DNA of 64,000 bases, taken from assembly GCA_951406725.2 (NCBI GenBank), contig OX597822.1:82150001-82214000 (forward strand). Reading direction: 5' to 3'. Every line of letters starts with the position of its first letter. Within the stretch, counting starts at the first letter, position 1. Below the pieces are notes generated by a model. The model was given only the letters and a program-made list of their open reading frames with translations. It made no database searches and was not told the DNA's origin. Source of the DNA: Octopus vulgaris (taxonomy: Eukaryota). Of the stretch, positions 35,720-47,590 are shown piece by piece. The position numbers and the translations under genes were made by a program.

Positions 35720-36175
35720 CCTGTGATTCACTTGGGGGATGTTTCCTGGGGTCATTAGGTTTTTCAGGTTTTTCAACATCAGACACCCACCACCCAGACA
35801 ACTCAGCCAATCCCTTGTAGCTCTGGCCCCTTCTAGGGCTCAGATCTGATTTACAGCCATCTTGGTTGGGGGTGGGGGACAAATCTACTACCACCACATC
35901 CAACCTAATGGCCTTCTGCTTACTGGCCCCTTTGAAACCCAACATGTCGTAACCTCTGCAAGGAGATTGGCCTGCAAACCCTCTCTGTACTACCTCAATG
36001 GGATCATACCCTGTTTGTCATACATTGCCTGAGCCTAACTCCACCAGCTCAGCTCTTTTCCTCCTCTTATTTTTGTTTGCCACTTCAGTGAATTCTTCCC
36101 TGGGAACTGAGACTTCTAACAGAATTGTCTGCTTAGATGCTCCTAAGTTCAGCACCGTATTTGGCATTAGCATTG
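35720..36175 (-). pseudogene. HERO-like (restriction-like endonuclease) non-LTR retrotransposon 3' fragment
   Basis: Minus strand PNTVLNLGASKQTILLEVSVPREE..KRRKRAELVE..*..PIEVVQRGFAGQSPCRGYDMLGFKGASKQKAI matches the PD..ELTVPWEE..K..KY..P.EVGCRGF REL C-terminal pattern. Confidence 0.7.
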
Positions 36176-36200
36176 TTGAGTTTGTAAATTTAACAAAGTC

Positions 36201-36456
36201 CATTATTTACATTATTTACATATGATGGATATTTGTCCTCATCTTGTTTGTTAACACAATGTTTTGGCTGAGATAACCTCCAGCCTTCATCAGGTGTCTT
36301 GGGGAAATTTCGAACCTTGATTCTCATTCCTAAGGTATTTTTCGATGTTGTTTTTATTATTATCATTATGATTATTATTATGTTATTATTCGGCCACTGC
36401 TTGGAATTGAACTCGGAATTTTGGAGTTAGTAGCCCACTCTCTTAACAACTCCACC

Positions 36457-36459
<3 letters not shown>
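36201..36459 (-). mobile_element. tRNA-head + (AAT)n + hammerhead SINE, copy 2
   Basis: Same architecture as 16715-16978; HHR motif at 36298-36253; B box at 36414-36403. Confidence 0.8.
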
Positions 36460-36509
<50 letters not shown>

Positions 36510-36670
36510 CTAAAAATACCTTAGGAATGAGAACCCAGGTTCGAAATTTCCCCAAGACACCTGATGAAGGCTGGAGGGTATATCAGCCGAAACATTGTGT
36601 TAACAACAAACAAGATGAGGACAAATATCCGTCAAATGTAAATAATGTAAATAATTCCTCATCTCTTAAA
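36460..36670 (+). mobile_element. Inverted copy of the hammerhead-SINE tail
   Basis: (AAT)n followed by aaaaataccttaggaatgagaacccaggttcgaaatttccccaagacacctgatgaaggctgg..., the reverse complement of 36201-36345. Confidence 0.85.
36556..36601 (+). ncRNA. Minimal type-I hammerhead ribozyme motif (best-preserved core of the SINE family)
   Basis: GACAC-CTGATGA-A-GGCTG-gagggtatat-CAGCC-GAAAC-(A)TT-GTGTT. The copy at 57572-57617 retains the GTT triplet, so the consensus stem III is the palindrome ACGT. Confidence 0.75.
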
Positions 36671-37209
36671 TATAGAACTGTATGTAACAATGTCCTTTCA
36701 AAACATTTATGATTCCAATATTCAGAACAAATTTGACTGAGAAAAATTAATTTTCCACAAAATATAACATCAAGAAAATAGAGAGAGAAAGAGTAATTAA
36801 GCATTAATATTACATATTAGACGGAAACATAATTGAGCTTCCTAATTATGTAAGAATATTTCAAAATATATACACACTTACTTGAGTAATAATTATCTAA
36901 ATACATATAGAAGGATTAAAAAAATAAAATATAATTATATGCAGACAATAAATGCCTAATTAAATAAGTAATTAATTATAATAAAGTGGGAAAATGAATA
37001 ACTTCTGACAGCCTTAAAATGAATATACATATCTATTTTTATATTCATACATGTAGATGCTACATACTCTAATACACACACACACATATATATGGAAGTA
37101 CATACATATATATATACCTACATGTGCATACATATATACACAAATATATTAACATCTACATGCCAATACAAAAATCCATGCACATCATAATACATATATA
37201 CATACAAAT

Positions 37210-37490
37210 AAGTTTAGGTTTATACCTGTAATTATTGGGGTCCTGGGATATGTAATACACTGCCTAAATACCAATCTTAAGAAATTAGGCTTCTCAAAAG
37301 CAGAAAGGGGAAAGCTAATTCGAAGACTACAGAGCCAATCCATCACTGGAACAGTAAAAATCTGTAAAACTTTCCAGACGTTTATCATTTAAATATATAT
37401 GAGCATTGATGTTGAAATTCCAATGAAGCAGCCTTGGATCTAGGTTAGAAACCAGTTCTTTCTCAAATAGCAAGGAATCTTGAAATAAAC
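37210..37490 (+). mobile_element. R4-like REL retrotransposon 3' fragment
   Basis: KFRFIPVIIGVLGYV..NLKKLGF..LIRRLQSQSITGTVKICKTF, in (TACA)n flanks. Confidence 0.6.
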
Positions 37491-39114
37491 AGACAGACAG
37501 ACATACATACATAAGAGGAAGGATATAATATCCAGGCAGATACCAAATTTCTCTGAGTAAAATGCCAAGGCTGGTTCCCCCAGATGGTGCATCTTTTGGT
37601 AAACTTTTAGATACCATCTGATGTTACAGTTTATTTCTTGGCTACTTACACACACACACACGTGTGTGTGTACAGACCATTAACATCATTTCAATGTCTA
37701 CTTTTCCATGCTTGCATTTGTCAAATGATAATTTATTAGGGCAAAGTTTTTTTATGGCTGGATGCCTTTCTCGTTCCCAACACCTATTTCCAAGTGGGGC
37801 ATTAATCTCCCAATCTATTGAACAATAAACAGCACAGACATGCTTTACGTGGAGACCTAGAAACAAATGTTGCAGCTCGAATGAGGCATTTGGTTACAAA
37901 GATTACACAACATGTCAAGAATCCTGGAGATGCTTTTATGGTTGACAACAAGTAAAGCAGCTTTGGAAATATTTCTGCTGCTGGATACCATTTCTAACAC
38001 CAACTACTTATATATATATTTCTTTTACACATAATATTTTTATACACACACACCCATACAGTAGTGTTTTCCCAGGGTAGACATAACTTTTAAATGCTCC
38101 CATCGTTGTTTGTGTCTTAGTTTCCACAAAAGCTGCCTCCATCAGTGAGGAGATCAATTTGACATATTTCCCTGCTCTCGTATCGAATTTGGTCATAGAT
38201 GTGGATTTGTTTTGCCTGAACATGTTTAAATGGCACAGTCTGCAGAACACATTAGATTTTATAATGCTTAATCAATCAATAAGTTAATCAATATCTATCC
38301 TACACACAAATGTTACAAATAAAGTCGACTGGTTCAGTATTTGTGATCTGAGGTTTCTTTTCAATTAGACATTTGTTCAAATGTTTTCTTAACACATGGC
38401 CACACACTGTCTTACGTAACATGGGAAAATATGAAACAGTAATGAATTCTTACATTATGACCAGACTAGGAATTGGTAGGAGGGCAAAGATGGAGAGTAT
38501 GATGCATTGATTCAACATCATTATCATCATAACTACAAACTTGCTACCAGTTCAAATACACTTGAGGAATAATTTAATCAGTAGGAAAGTCATTCACAGT
38601 ATTTTGTGATGGAGAAAATTTCTTGCTGCAGACAAATAGGTGTAAATGCACTGAGTCAGCTCACAGTGCTCCCTAACCAGACGGTTGGATGCATGCATTT
38701 CAGAGTGATTATCTCCTCTTCAGCAGCATCTGCCTTTCAGGCCTCTGCTGCAAACTGACACAAAGGGCAGGTCCTTATGGTATTTCCTCATCGTCTAATG
38801 ACTGGTTGTGCTATTCAGCAGCTCATGGTAAATAAAATATGGAGTGACAGCACTAAGCTGCGATGTGAATAAATACAAACTTGGTGCCAGTTCAAATATG
38901 CTTGGAGTAAATTTAGACCCTTAAGAAAGCCAATTTGCAGCACCTGGCTTTCTAATTTGTTGTTGTTGAAGCAGAGATAATTATTCTGAAATGCATGCGA
39001 GTTTAGGGGATTTTGTGAACTGACTCAGTATATTTCCACCTGTTCATCTACATCAAGACATACTTGAACTGGTAACAACTTTGTATATATGCACACATCA
39101 CTGTCACCCCATAT

Positions 39115-39340
39115 CATCGTAACATCCATTTTTCCATGCCTGCAAGGGTCATGTGGAGTTTAGTATTAAGGCAGAATTTCTACGGCTGGGTGCCTTTGCT
39201 TCCACCAACCATCACTTGTTTCCAAGCAAGATAATATTTCCCCACAGTCAGAATATTCGAAATGAATGACACTGGTTATGTGGCTGTGACACTCATTTAC
39301 AATGATCATGTGATGGCAAGATAAGGAAATGCAAACACAC
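39115..39340 (-). mobile_element. RTE-tailed non-autonomous repeat (family D; other copies near 15600, 31005, 37690, 52055, 60460)
   Basis: catccattttccatgc..gcagattttctacggctggatgccctt..cacctgtttccaagcaaggtaatatttcccc shares the RTE terminus but has a distinct body. Confidence 0.65.
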
Positions 39341-39508
39341 ACACACTACAGTGGGATTCTTTTAGTTTCCATCTACCCAATCTACTCACAAGGCTTTGGT
39401 TTACATTGTTGTTTATTTTAAAGTCATTCCTTATAAACAGAACTAAGCTGTTCTAGTTGTGACAAATAATTTTTTTGGGGGGGTGGGGGATTGTTTTGAC
39501 TAGCCCCA

Positions 39509-41479
39509 ATGTATCACAAACTACATGTAATCTGGTTGACTGACCAGGCAGTTCCCGTTGGGCTTCCCAAGAAGAAGAAACACAAGCCCTGGGTGACGAA
39601 GAAGGTTAAACGAGAACGTCGACTCAGAGATATTGCTTGGGCTGAATTCAAAAATCTGGATTCGACTGCAGCTTTTGAGGTGTACAAAACTCAACGAGAC
39701 CGAGCCGTGAAAATTGAAAAGGAAGAACGCTTCAGTTATGAATACAAAATCGCGGCAAATGCCAGTAGCAATCCAAAAACCTTCTTTGCCCATGTCCAAC
39801 GGAATTCCCGCTTGAACAACCAGATTACAACATTGGTAGACTCAACAGGCGTATCGATTGAGGACCCTTATCAACAGAGTCAATTATTTGCCGAGGCTTT
39901 TTCAGCTATTTTCAAACAAGATGATGGTCGTGAACCCCCTCCATTTGATAGATCGGTACCTCCAATGCTTCGATTGGTCATCACGCGGGACAAAGTCAAA
40001 CGTGTTATTCAAGGCCTCGATGTCAACAAGGGTCACGGCCCTGACGGCATACACCCACAGGTTATCAAAGCGTTGGCTCCGGTCATCTGCGAGCCCTTAA
40101 CACATCTATTCAATATGTCATTGGCGACGGGTGTTATACCTGCGGACTGGAGAACAGCGATAATCTGCCCAATTTTCAAGAAAGGGAGCCGCGAAGACCT
40201 GCTTAACTACCGACCGGTTTCCCTTACATCAATAATCAGCAAGATGTTCGAAACCATCCTTAAGAAAAGTATGATGCTCCACCTCCAAAACACAGCCTCT
40301 ATCTCTGATTCCCAACACGGCTTCGTGCCGAAGAGATCGTGCTTGACCAACTTACTGGTAATGGAAGAATTGGTGACGCGCATCCTCGATGACAGTGATG
40401 CTGTTGACATCGTTTTATTGGACTTTGCCAAAGCTTTTGACTCGGTAAACCACCGCCTATTACTTGTCAAGCTTCAAGCATATAGTTTCCATCCGGATAT
40501 TGTACGATGGGTTGGTGCCTTCCTCTCAGATCGCTCCTTCCAAGTCCAAGTTAATGGTTCGCGGTCCGACGTCTCCAGTGCGAGCAGTGGCGTGCCTCAA
40601 GGTTCAGTGCTTGGGCCCTTATTGTTCTTAGTCTTCATAAATGACTTGCCCGACGACCTCATGCAACACACCCTTCTATTTGCTGACGATATCAAACTGG
40701 TCGCTCCTCGCAGTGATATAGAGGATCTTCGTCGATGCCTCCACCAAATTTGGAAGTGGTCTAACGAATGGGACCTATGTCTGAACGTGTCAAAGTGCTG
40801 TCATCTGCCTGTTGGCTCTCCTCCTGCAACTCAACTTGATTTCGAGCCGAGTCGTCTGCTGCTGGAGAGGACCGATCAGATAAAGGACCTGGGTATCTTG
40901 GTGGATTCCTCCTTTTCGCCTTCAGCCCAGTGCGTCCATGCTGCCAACAAAGCACGCGGAATTCTGTTCTTGATTCGACGGTCATTCGGAATGCTCACAG
41001 CAGCCATATTCCTACCACTCTATGTCACGCTGGTGAGACCCATATTGGAGTATGGGATTCAAGCCTCTTCTCCTTATCTCCTCAAAGACATACAGCATCT
41101 CGAAAGAGTCCAGAAGCTGGCTACCCGTATGGTTCATGGTCTCAAAAATTTGTCCTATGAAGAAAGGCTGAGGACGCTCGACCTTTATTCTCTTGAAAAA
41201 CGCCACTGCCGTGGTGATCTCATTCTCGCCCACAACATCATAAGCGGAAAGTGTAACCTCTCGAAAGAGCTGTTCTTCACTCCTGCTCCAGAGCGTCGGC
41301 TGCGGGGTCATTCCGAAAAGCTCTACCTGCGACGATTTCATCTCAATCGAAGGAGAGGAGCTTTCTCCGTCCGGGTTGCGGATCCGTGGAACAAGCTGCC
41401 AGACGAGATGGTGAAGATGCCGACGACCGCTTTGTTCAAAGCCTCCCTTGACCTCAAGTGGCGTGAACTCTTTACATGA
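39509..41479 (+). CDS. CR1-group ORF2 fragment (RT and C-terminus; no endonuclease)
   Basis: GPDGIHP, NYRPVSLTS, QHGF, DFAKAFDSV, GVPQGSVLGP, LLFADD, DLGI, VRPILEY, LRGH..WNKLP. The ATG probably comes from flanking DNA. Confidence 0.88.
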   Translation: MYHKLHVIWLTDQAVPVGLPKKKKHKPWVTKKVKRERRLRDIAWAEFKNLDSTAAFEVYKTQRDRAVKIEKEERFSYEYKIAANASSNPKTFFAHVQRNSRLNNQITTLVDSTGVSIEDPYQQSQLFAEAFSAIFKQDDGREPPPFDRSVPPMLRLVITRDKVKRVIQGLDVNKGHGPDGIHPQVIKALAPVICEPLTHLFNMSLATGVIPADWRTAIICPIFKKGSREDLLNYRPVSLTSIISKMFETILKKSMMLHLQNTASISDSQHGFVPKRSCLTNLLVMEELVTRILDDSDAVDIVLLDFAKAFDSVNHRLLLVKLQAYSFHPDIVRWVGAFLSDRSFQVQVNGSRSDVSSASSGVPQGSVLGPLLFLVFINDLPDDLMQHTLLFADDIKLVAPRSDIEDLRRCLHQIWKWSNEWDLCLNVSKCCHLPVGSPPATQLDFEPSRLLLERTDQIKDLGILVDSSFSPSAQCVHAANKARGILFLIRRSFGMLTAAIFLPLYVTLVRPILEYGIQASSPYLLKDIQHLERVQKLATRMVHGLKNLSYEERLRTLDLYSLEKRHCRGDLILAHNIISGKCNLSKELFFTPAPERRLRGHSEKLYLRRFHLNRRRGAFSVRVADPWNKLPDEMVKMPTTALFKASLDLKWRELFT

Positions 41480-41556
41480 ACACCACCCTGTACTTAACTC
41501 CATGTCCCCCTACATGGCCTTGCTATTTGCTTTTGAGCCAAATTAACTAACTAACT
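39527..41556 (+). mobile_element. 5'-truncated young CR1-group LINE
   Basis: Uninterrupted RT ORF, short 3' UTR and (TAAC)n tail. Possible TSD aactacat at 39519-39526 and 41553-41560. Confidence 0.9.
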
Positions 41557-41946
41557 ACATTATTCAATATATCCTTTAATTTTTCCATAAACCCTCACCT
41601 GATTGTCAAGTCAGGGTTTATGGACAATTTCTGAAAGCCCAGCACAGTTACAGGTGTGAGAGGAGACATTTACCCATCTTTACTTAGACAAGTGGATTTG
41701 ATCTGATAGGTATTTGGCTGCTATATCTAACAAGTTGAGTTGTCATGTTGAGGCTTACATGCTGGCTCTTTGTTGTCGATGTTGGTGCTACAGGTGTTAT
41801 TGTAGTTGTTATTGTTGCTGCTGTTCGCATAGTAGTTGTTACTGGCATTATGACCATTATTACTGTTAATGTTATTATTTAACCCCAAAGAAGATCTTAT
41901 TCAGCAGAGCCCTATTGTCCAACATGTCCTGTCAGTTTTGAGACAG

Positions 41947-42448
41947 TGTAGAGGAATATAAAGTCAGTACAAGGTGTTGATGTGGCTGCGTGCATGTTAT
42001 TACAAGAATTCATACAGAGATGGAAGAATAAATTCAAGATCTATATATTTACTCCATAAAAAAATATTTTATTTACTGGTTGATGATACATAGAAACAAT
42101 ATGTAGAATCTAGCTGAATGAAATAATCTATGCAAGAAAGTTCAGAGATAGAAAATGTAGAAATAACAGCTAAGCAGTGGTTTTCAGTCATGTGGCATAG
42201 AGAAATAGACGGACAAAGCAATGACATGAATAGCTCTAAGTCTAATTGGCTAAGAAGTGAAGAGCAGAGTTAGCTACCTGTTCTTATTAATGGAACGCTA
42301 GACATTCTAGAAACTTTCAAGAGAAATGCTAAGCTTCTTGGATAATTAAGAATCACGTCTCATGACACATATGCTTTGAGAAGCTTAGAAAAGGGAGGTT
42401 ACTCCATGACCTTTCTTGCAAAAGGGATTATTTAACTATCTATCTACA
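41947..42448. mobile_element. Solo LTR
   Basis: Termini TGTAGA...TCTACA, 4-bp TSD ACAG (41943-41946 and 42449-42452), internal AATAAA; partial homologue at 47046-47284. Confidence 0.75.
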
Positions 42449-42899
42449 ACAGTGCGTAATTTACTGGAAATTTGATTGCTATATCTAGCAAGTTAAGTAA
42501 CAGCATGAAGCAGGCATGGGTTAGCTAATTTCCCTAGCAGTTGATTATATGAGATATTTCTCATCATAAACCATGCTGCATCTCTTGAACAAAGAGTTGA
42601 CAAATGTCCTTTATAAAGTAAAGAGTACACAGATCTATTGAATTTGGATTGGATTGCCCATGTTCAGTCCACTGCAGGATGAAGGTCACAGAATTTTCTC
42701 TCCACCTAACCATGTTCTGATGTGGAGACCTTGAATTTGAGCTTGAGATAATACTGGTTTACAGAGCCTACTCTACCACACTGGCTCAAAATGGCTTGGC
42801 AGAAGGATGCGGTTTTTGTACTCTTACTCAGCCATAATTTTATATAGCACCATTTCATTCTCCTTAGAAATCTTCAGCATGACATAACGTGGGATCTAT

Positions 42900-43283
42900 C
42901 TTTTATTTGTTTCAGTCAGATTGCGGCCATGCTAGAGCACCACCTTGAAGAATTATTAGTTGAATGAATCAACCATAGTACTGTTTCTTTTTAACCTACT
43001 ACTTACACTAGCAGTCTCTTTCGCCAAATTACTAAGCTACATGGATGTAAACACACCAACACTGGTTACTAAGTAGTGGTGGGTGACAAGCACACACACA
43101 TGTGTATGTGTGTGTGTGCGATGTGCATCTTTCAATTTCCATCAACCAGATCCACTCACAAGACTTTGGTTGGCCTGATGCTATAGTGGAAGACACTTGC
43201 CCAAAGTGCCATGCAGTGGGACTGAACCAAGAACCATGTGGTTGGGAAGCAAGCTTCTTACCATACTACCACACCTGCACCTA
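42900..43283 (-). mobile_element. SINE family A
   Basis: Reverse complement of family A. Confidence 0.8.
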
Positions 43284-45559
43284 TTTCAAAGTACTTAAAG
43301 TCTCTAGACATAGGTAAACTTATACAGTACTATTTCATTCTTCTTAGAACTCTTGAGCATAACCTAAGATATAATAGCTATTTACTTTATAGAGTCATGA
43401 TATTAAGTGAGGCCATGGAGAAAAACACATAAGAAGCCATGGGTGGCTTGAATGCCACAGGTTGCCACACTTGATGCTATTACTGGTATTAATGTTGCTG
43501 TCATTGATCGGGCAATAGTTTGGCTGAATTGTTAAAGCATTGGGCCAAATGCATTGAAGTATTTGTTCAAGCTATTTACATTCTGAGTTCAAATCATGCC
43601 AAGATTAACTTTGCTATTCGGCCTTTGAGGGTTGATAGAAATGAAGAAGCAGTTGAGTATTTCCTCTCTGGTCCTTCATTCCACCACCACCACCACCACT
43701 AGCATTTATCTTATACTCATCCATCACCACCATTTTTTGTCCACCACCACCACCATCATCATCACAGTTATGTAATCTTCCCATCTGCTACAACACTGTT
43801 ATCTCTGATTTCACCACCTCCACCACCACCATGCAGTTCTCCCATCTCTCTCTTTCTCTTATATCACTGCCATATCTACACTATAACCATCACCTCCACC
43901 ACCATCACAATATTATTCCCACTCTGTTTTCTATCACCACCATTTGCCTTCACCACCACTGCTGCCCCTCCCATCTATTACATCATTACTACCTCGGTTT
44001 TCATCACTACCACACCATACCAGCCCTGCTGCTCTTATTACATCAGAACTACCATGGCACATAACCACCCCACTCTCTCAACTACACCACCACCACCACC
44101 ACCATTAATGCTAAATCATTCTGGACAAAAATCTTCAATCTCCAGAACTGGAATGATTTCAGAATTCATCTAGAAATCAATGTTGTGTTGGCCTCGAGTC
44201 TGTGTTGCTAAGATGAAAGGTCATGATGGATTCCATCGGTTTCTTTACTATCCACTGTCAATGAGTAAATAAAACAACAGTTGCAACAACAACAACAACA
44301 ATATAGATCTCTACAATCACAAGCTTAATAAGAGATCCTTTGTATGGCCAATTGATCTGCCAGAAATAGCAGCCAACTACCTTTTAAATCACATCCTATT
44401 GTCTTAAAAAAAAAAAAATGGAAGTCTCTTTTGGATATTGTAGGCTTAGACTTCCAGAGGATATTAAGTCAGGGGAAAAAATAGAATGGGATTGTCAGAA
44501 TGAAAACATCTTTGATCATTGGTCTGTTTGAGTAGATTGACCTGTAGCTAAGCAACTACTGTAACAACAACTACTATCATACATATACATACATGTATAT
44601 ATATATATACACATATATGCATATACAAATTCACATGTATATGCACACACATGTATACTCACACACATATACATATATGTAATGTATGTATGTGTGTGTA
44701 TACAGGTGTTTGTATATCTATACCTATATATATATATATAACACATATGGTATAATTATAAACAGGGCAAATTGTAGCCATTTCTCCACAGACTGAAAAG
44801 ATGAAAAATTTTAATCGATTTTTTAACCTTATTGGGTTTTCATCAGAGGTGTCTACATCATTCTGTGTCTCCAGAGAAACAAACAGCCACATCTATTTTC
44901 TATAGAAAATCTGCCTTGACAAATTCTGTCTGACCCATGTACAAAAAAGTGGACATTAAATGAGGATGTTGTTATTTTCTTGCTTCAATAAACACTATTT
45001 TAAATTTAAACAATGGCTACATTGACATGACTTTTCATAAATCTTCTAGTTTCATTATCAGGATGCCGTTCTGTTGATCTAGTAAACTGACTTTGATTAG
45101 CTAATGTATTTTTGGTTAAGAAGATCTCCAGTTTTACTGATAGCAATGTACAGCTGACTCTAGAAGAACACTGGAGTAGGGAGATAAGTATCACATTTCG
45201 ATAAGCTATGTCCTTGACTTGTTTATTGACAAGACAAATGCATGTCTGATAGGGGATTGACGTCTTAAAACAAATGGCAAATCCGTGTAGGATGGTAGCA
45301 GATTGATGAGGGGAATTAGCAAAGTTCATCTTGTGTCAACCCAATTTTATTCGCATTTATCAGTGTCAGTTGTACACACACAAAAAAGGGAACAAAACAA
45401 AAACTAAAAATAGCTCTATAATGATGTGTATCATTACAATGGCCCCTTCTGCAGTTATACTATCTCAACAACATTATTACAACACTAATTTTTATCTTGA
45501 TAATGTGAGGTGGCACACCATTGATGTTAAGGGAATCTAGGAAACTCTGGTGGAGACAG

Positions 45560-46190
45560 AACTCTTTGGTTATCATGAATATTAGAAATAATAGTCTCTC
45601 CTGGATGGGATTTTTATAATTTCACTGTTTAGCAGTCAGGGGTGTATATTACGACCTCTACTCATAATTTTTATGAAATGGGTTGATATGTACAACCTTT
45701 GTGGAAGTAATCACAACTGGTGGGTGTAGGATTTGTTGGTTGACATTAGCAGACGACATGGTGCTATACTTGACACATCAGAAGGTGATTTGCAGCATGC
45801 ACTAAATGCATTCGTTGCCAAGTGCTGCAGAACATGAGTTAAAATTAATTTTGCAAAGACTGAGACACTGGTTCCCTTAAGAAAGTCTTCTCAGAATGTT
45901 AGAAGAACATGAAGAGGTTTAGCTACCTCAGGGTTGTATTCACAAGTGATGAGATGCAAGATGCTGAGATGGAATTGCAGGTGATGGCACAGTAATACAT
46001 CAACTTCAGCATTTTGATCCCCAGAAGAGGAAAGGTTGTAAAAATGCAAAACTTTGATATTTTCAGTTTGGCTTCCATGTCTGTTTTTACCTCTGGTCAT
46101 GAATATTGAGTAACAATTGAAAGAATACAGTCACAAATACGACTGGATGAAATGGGGGTACTTCCAAAGAACTGCAGGGGTAAAGTCCTG
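45560..46190 (+). pseudogene. Highly degraded RTE-type RT fragment
   Basis: QGCILRPLLIIF, LADDMVL and KINFAKTETLV remnants. Confidence 0.55.
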
Positions 46191-46518
46191 ATGGGGAATG
46201 GCTATCCATACTTTTTCACTCAATACATGAGCAAACTACCAAGCAAAACCCATGCATACAAAGATAACATGTTTCTTGAAAGTGCCACATGTTAATGAAA
46301 AAACAGCTGCTGCAATCCACTGTATTATCTATAAGGTAGGATTGAATGTATGATTGGCCCTTCTGGACCTTCTCTGAAGAAGATTCTAATGAAACATGGG
46401 CCAAGACAAAACAACACCTTATGTATGTTGTCTAACTGCCCAACCAAAGATGAAAATATATGTCTGTGGGCCTATGTGTTACAAACATGAATTCTATATT
46501 GGTAACACCATCAGACAA

Positions 46519-46590
46519 TTATTTACATTTGACGCTTATTTGCCCTCATCTTGTTTGTTTTTAACACATTTCGGCTGATATATCCTCCTA
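46519..46590 (-). mobile_element. Hammerhead-SINE 3' fragment (copy 4)
   Basis: ttatttacatttgacg..cctcatcttgtttg..ttaacacatttcggctgatata, truncated within stem II. Confidence 0.7.
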
Positions 46591-47045
46591 CGGAAAAGAC
46601 CACGGTAACCTCAGGCAGGGAGGGAATAAATACATGAGAGCAAAGTGCTCTCTCTCTCTCTCTCTTTTTTCGATTTACAGGATCATGCTCAAAATGGTTT
46701 TGTCACTCACACACACCATCTTTGCTACATTCATCCACCTTTTTTGAAACTTTCACAAGACAACACCTGCCTCTCCATTCTCACCTTCCTTTTCAAAGCG
46801 ATTGGCCAGAGAGGCAAGTGTTTGTCTCTAATCCTTTCGCTAGAGTCCACCACACACATTCTTTCACCATGGCCACCAGTACAATGAAGACTGCCTTGCC
46901 TTCCTGGTTGAGGGAAAGTGATGGAGCAGTTGTCATGATAGACTCGGCCGACAGGTGGACTCGTCCCACTCGTGACAGCAGCCTATCTATTTATCTCTCT
47001 CAACTGATGTGGTGTCGCATTGACTATGCAGGTAATTTTTGACCA

Positions 47046-47284
47046 GGTCGATGATGATACATGGAATCAAATTGTAGAATCTAGTTGAAGGAAGTATTCT
47101 ATGCAAGTAAGTTCAGAGATAGAATATGTAGAAATAACAGCTAAGTGGTGGTTTTCAGTCATGTGGTGTAGAGAAATAGACGGACAAAGCAATGATGGGA
47201 ATGGCTCTTAGTCTAATCAACTAAGAAGCAAAGAGCTGGGTTTATAGCTAGCTGTTTTTATTAAAGGAATGCTAGACATTCTAG
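47046..47284. mobile_element. Partial copy of the 41947-42448 LTR
   Basis: tgtagaatctag..aagttcagagatag..ttttcagtcatgtgg..gctagacattctaga is shared with 42078-42311. Confidence 0.8.
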
Positions 47285-47454
47285 AGAGAGAGAGAGACAA
47301 ACAGATATAGATAGATAGATAGATACAGATATAGATAGATAGATAGATACAGATATAGATAGAGACAGATATAGATAGATAGATAGATAGAGACAGATAT
47401 AGATAGATAGATAGAGACATATATAGATAGATAGATAGATAGATAGAGACATAT

Positions 47455-47487
<33 letters not shown>

Positions 47488-47590
47488 GACAGATATAGAT
47501 AGATAGATAGAGACAGATAGAGACAGACAGATAGATAGATAGGTGGATACATAGAGAAATAGATAGAGGTTAGAGAGATAGAGAGAGAGT
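47285..47590. repeat. (GATA)n compound microsatellite
   Basis: agat/agac tandem units. Confidence 0.95.

Noticed and set aside
41012-41503. Antisense ORFs within the LINEs (e.g. 163 aa here, and 19951-20346 and 21129-21458)
   Set aside because: They are shadow ORFs of the coding strand with no independent motifs.
42078-47284. A full LTR retrotransposon bounded by the two direct repeats
   Set aside because: The first LTR has its own TSD, the copies are clearly diverged, and no gag/pol remnants lie between them.
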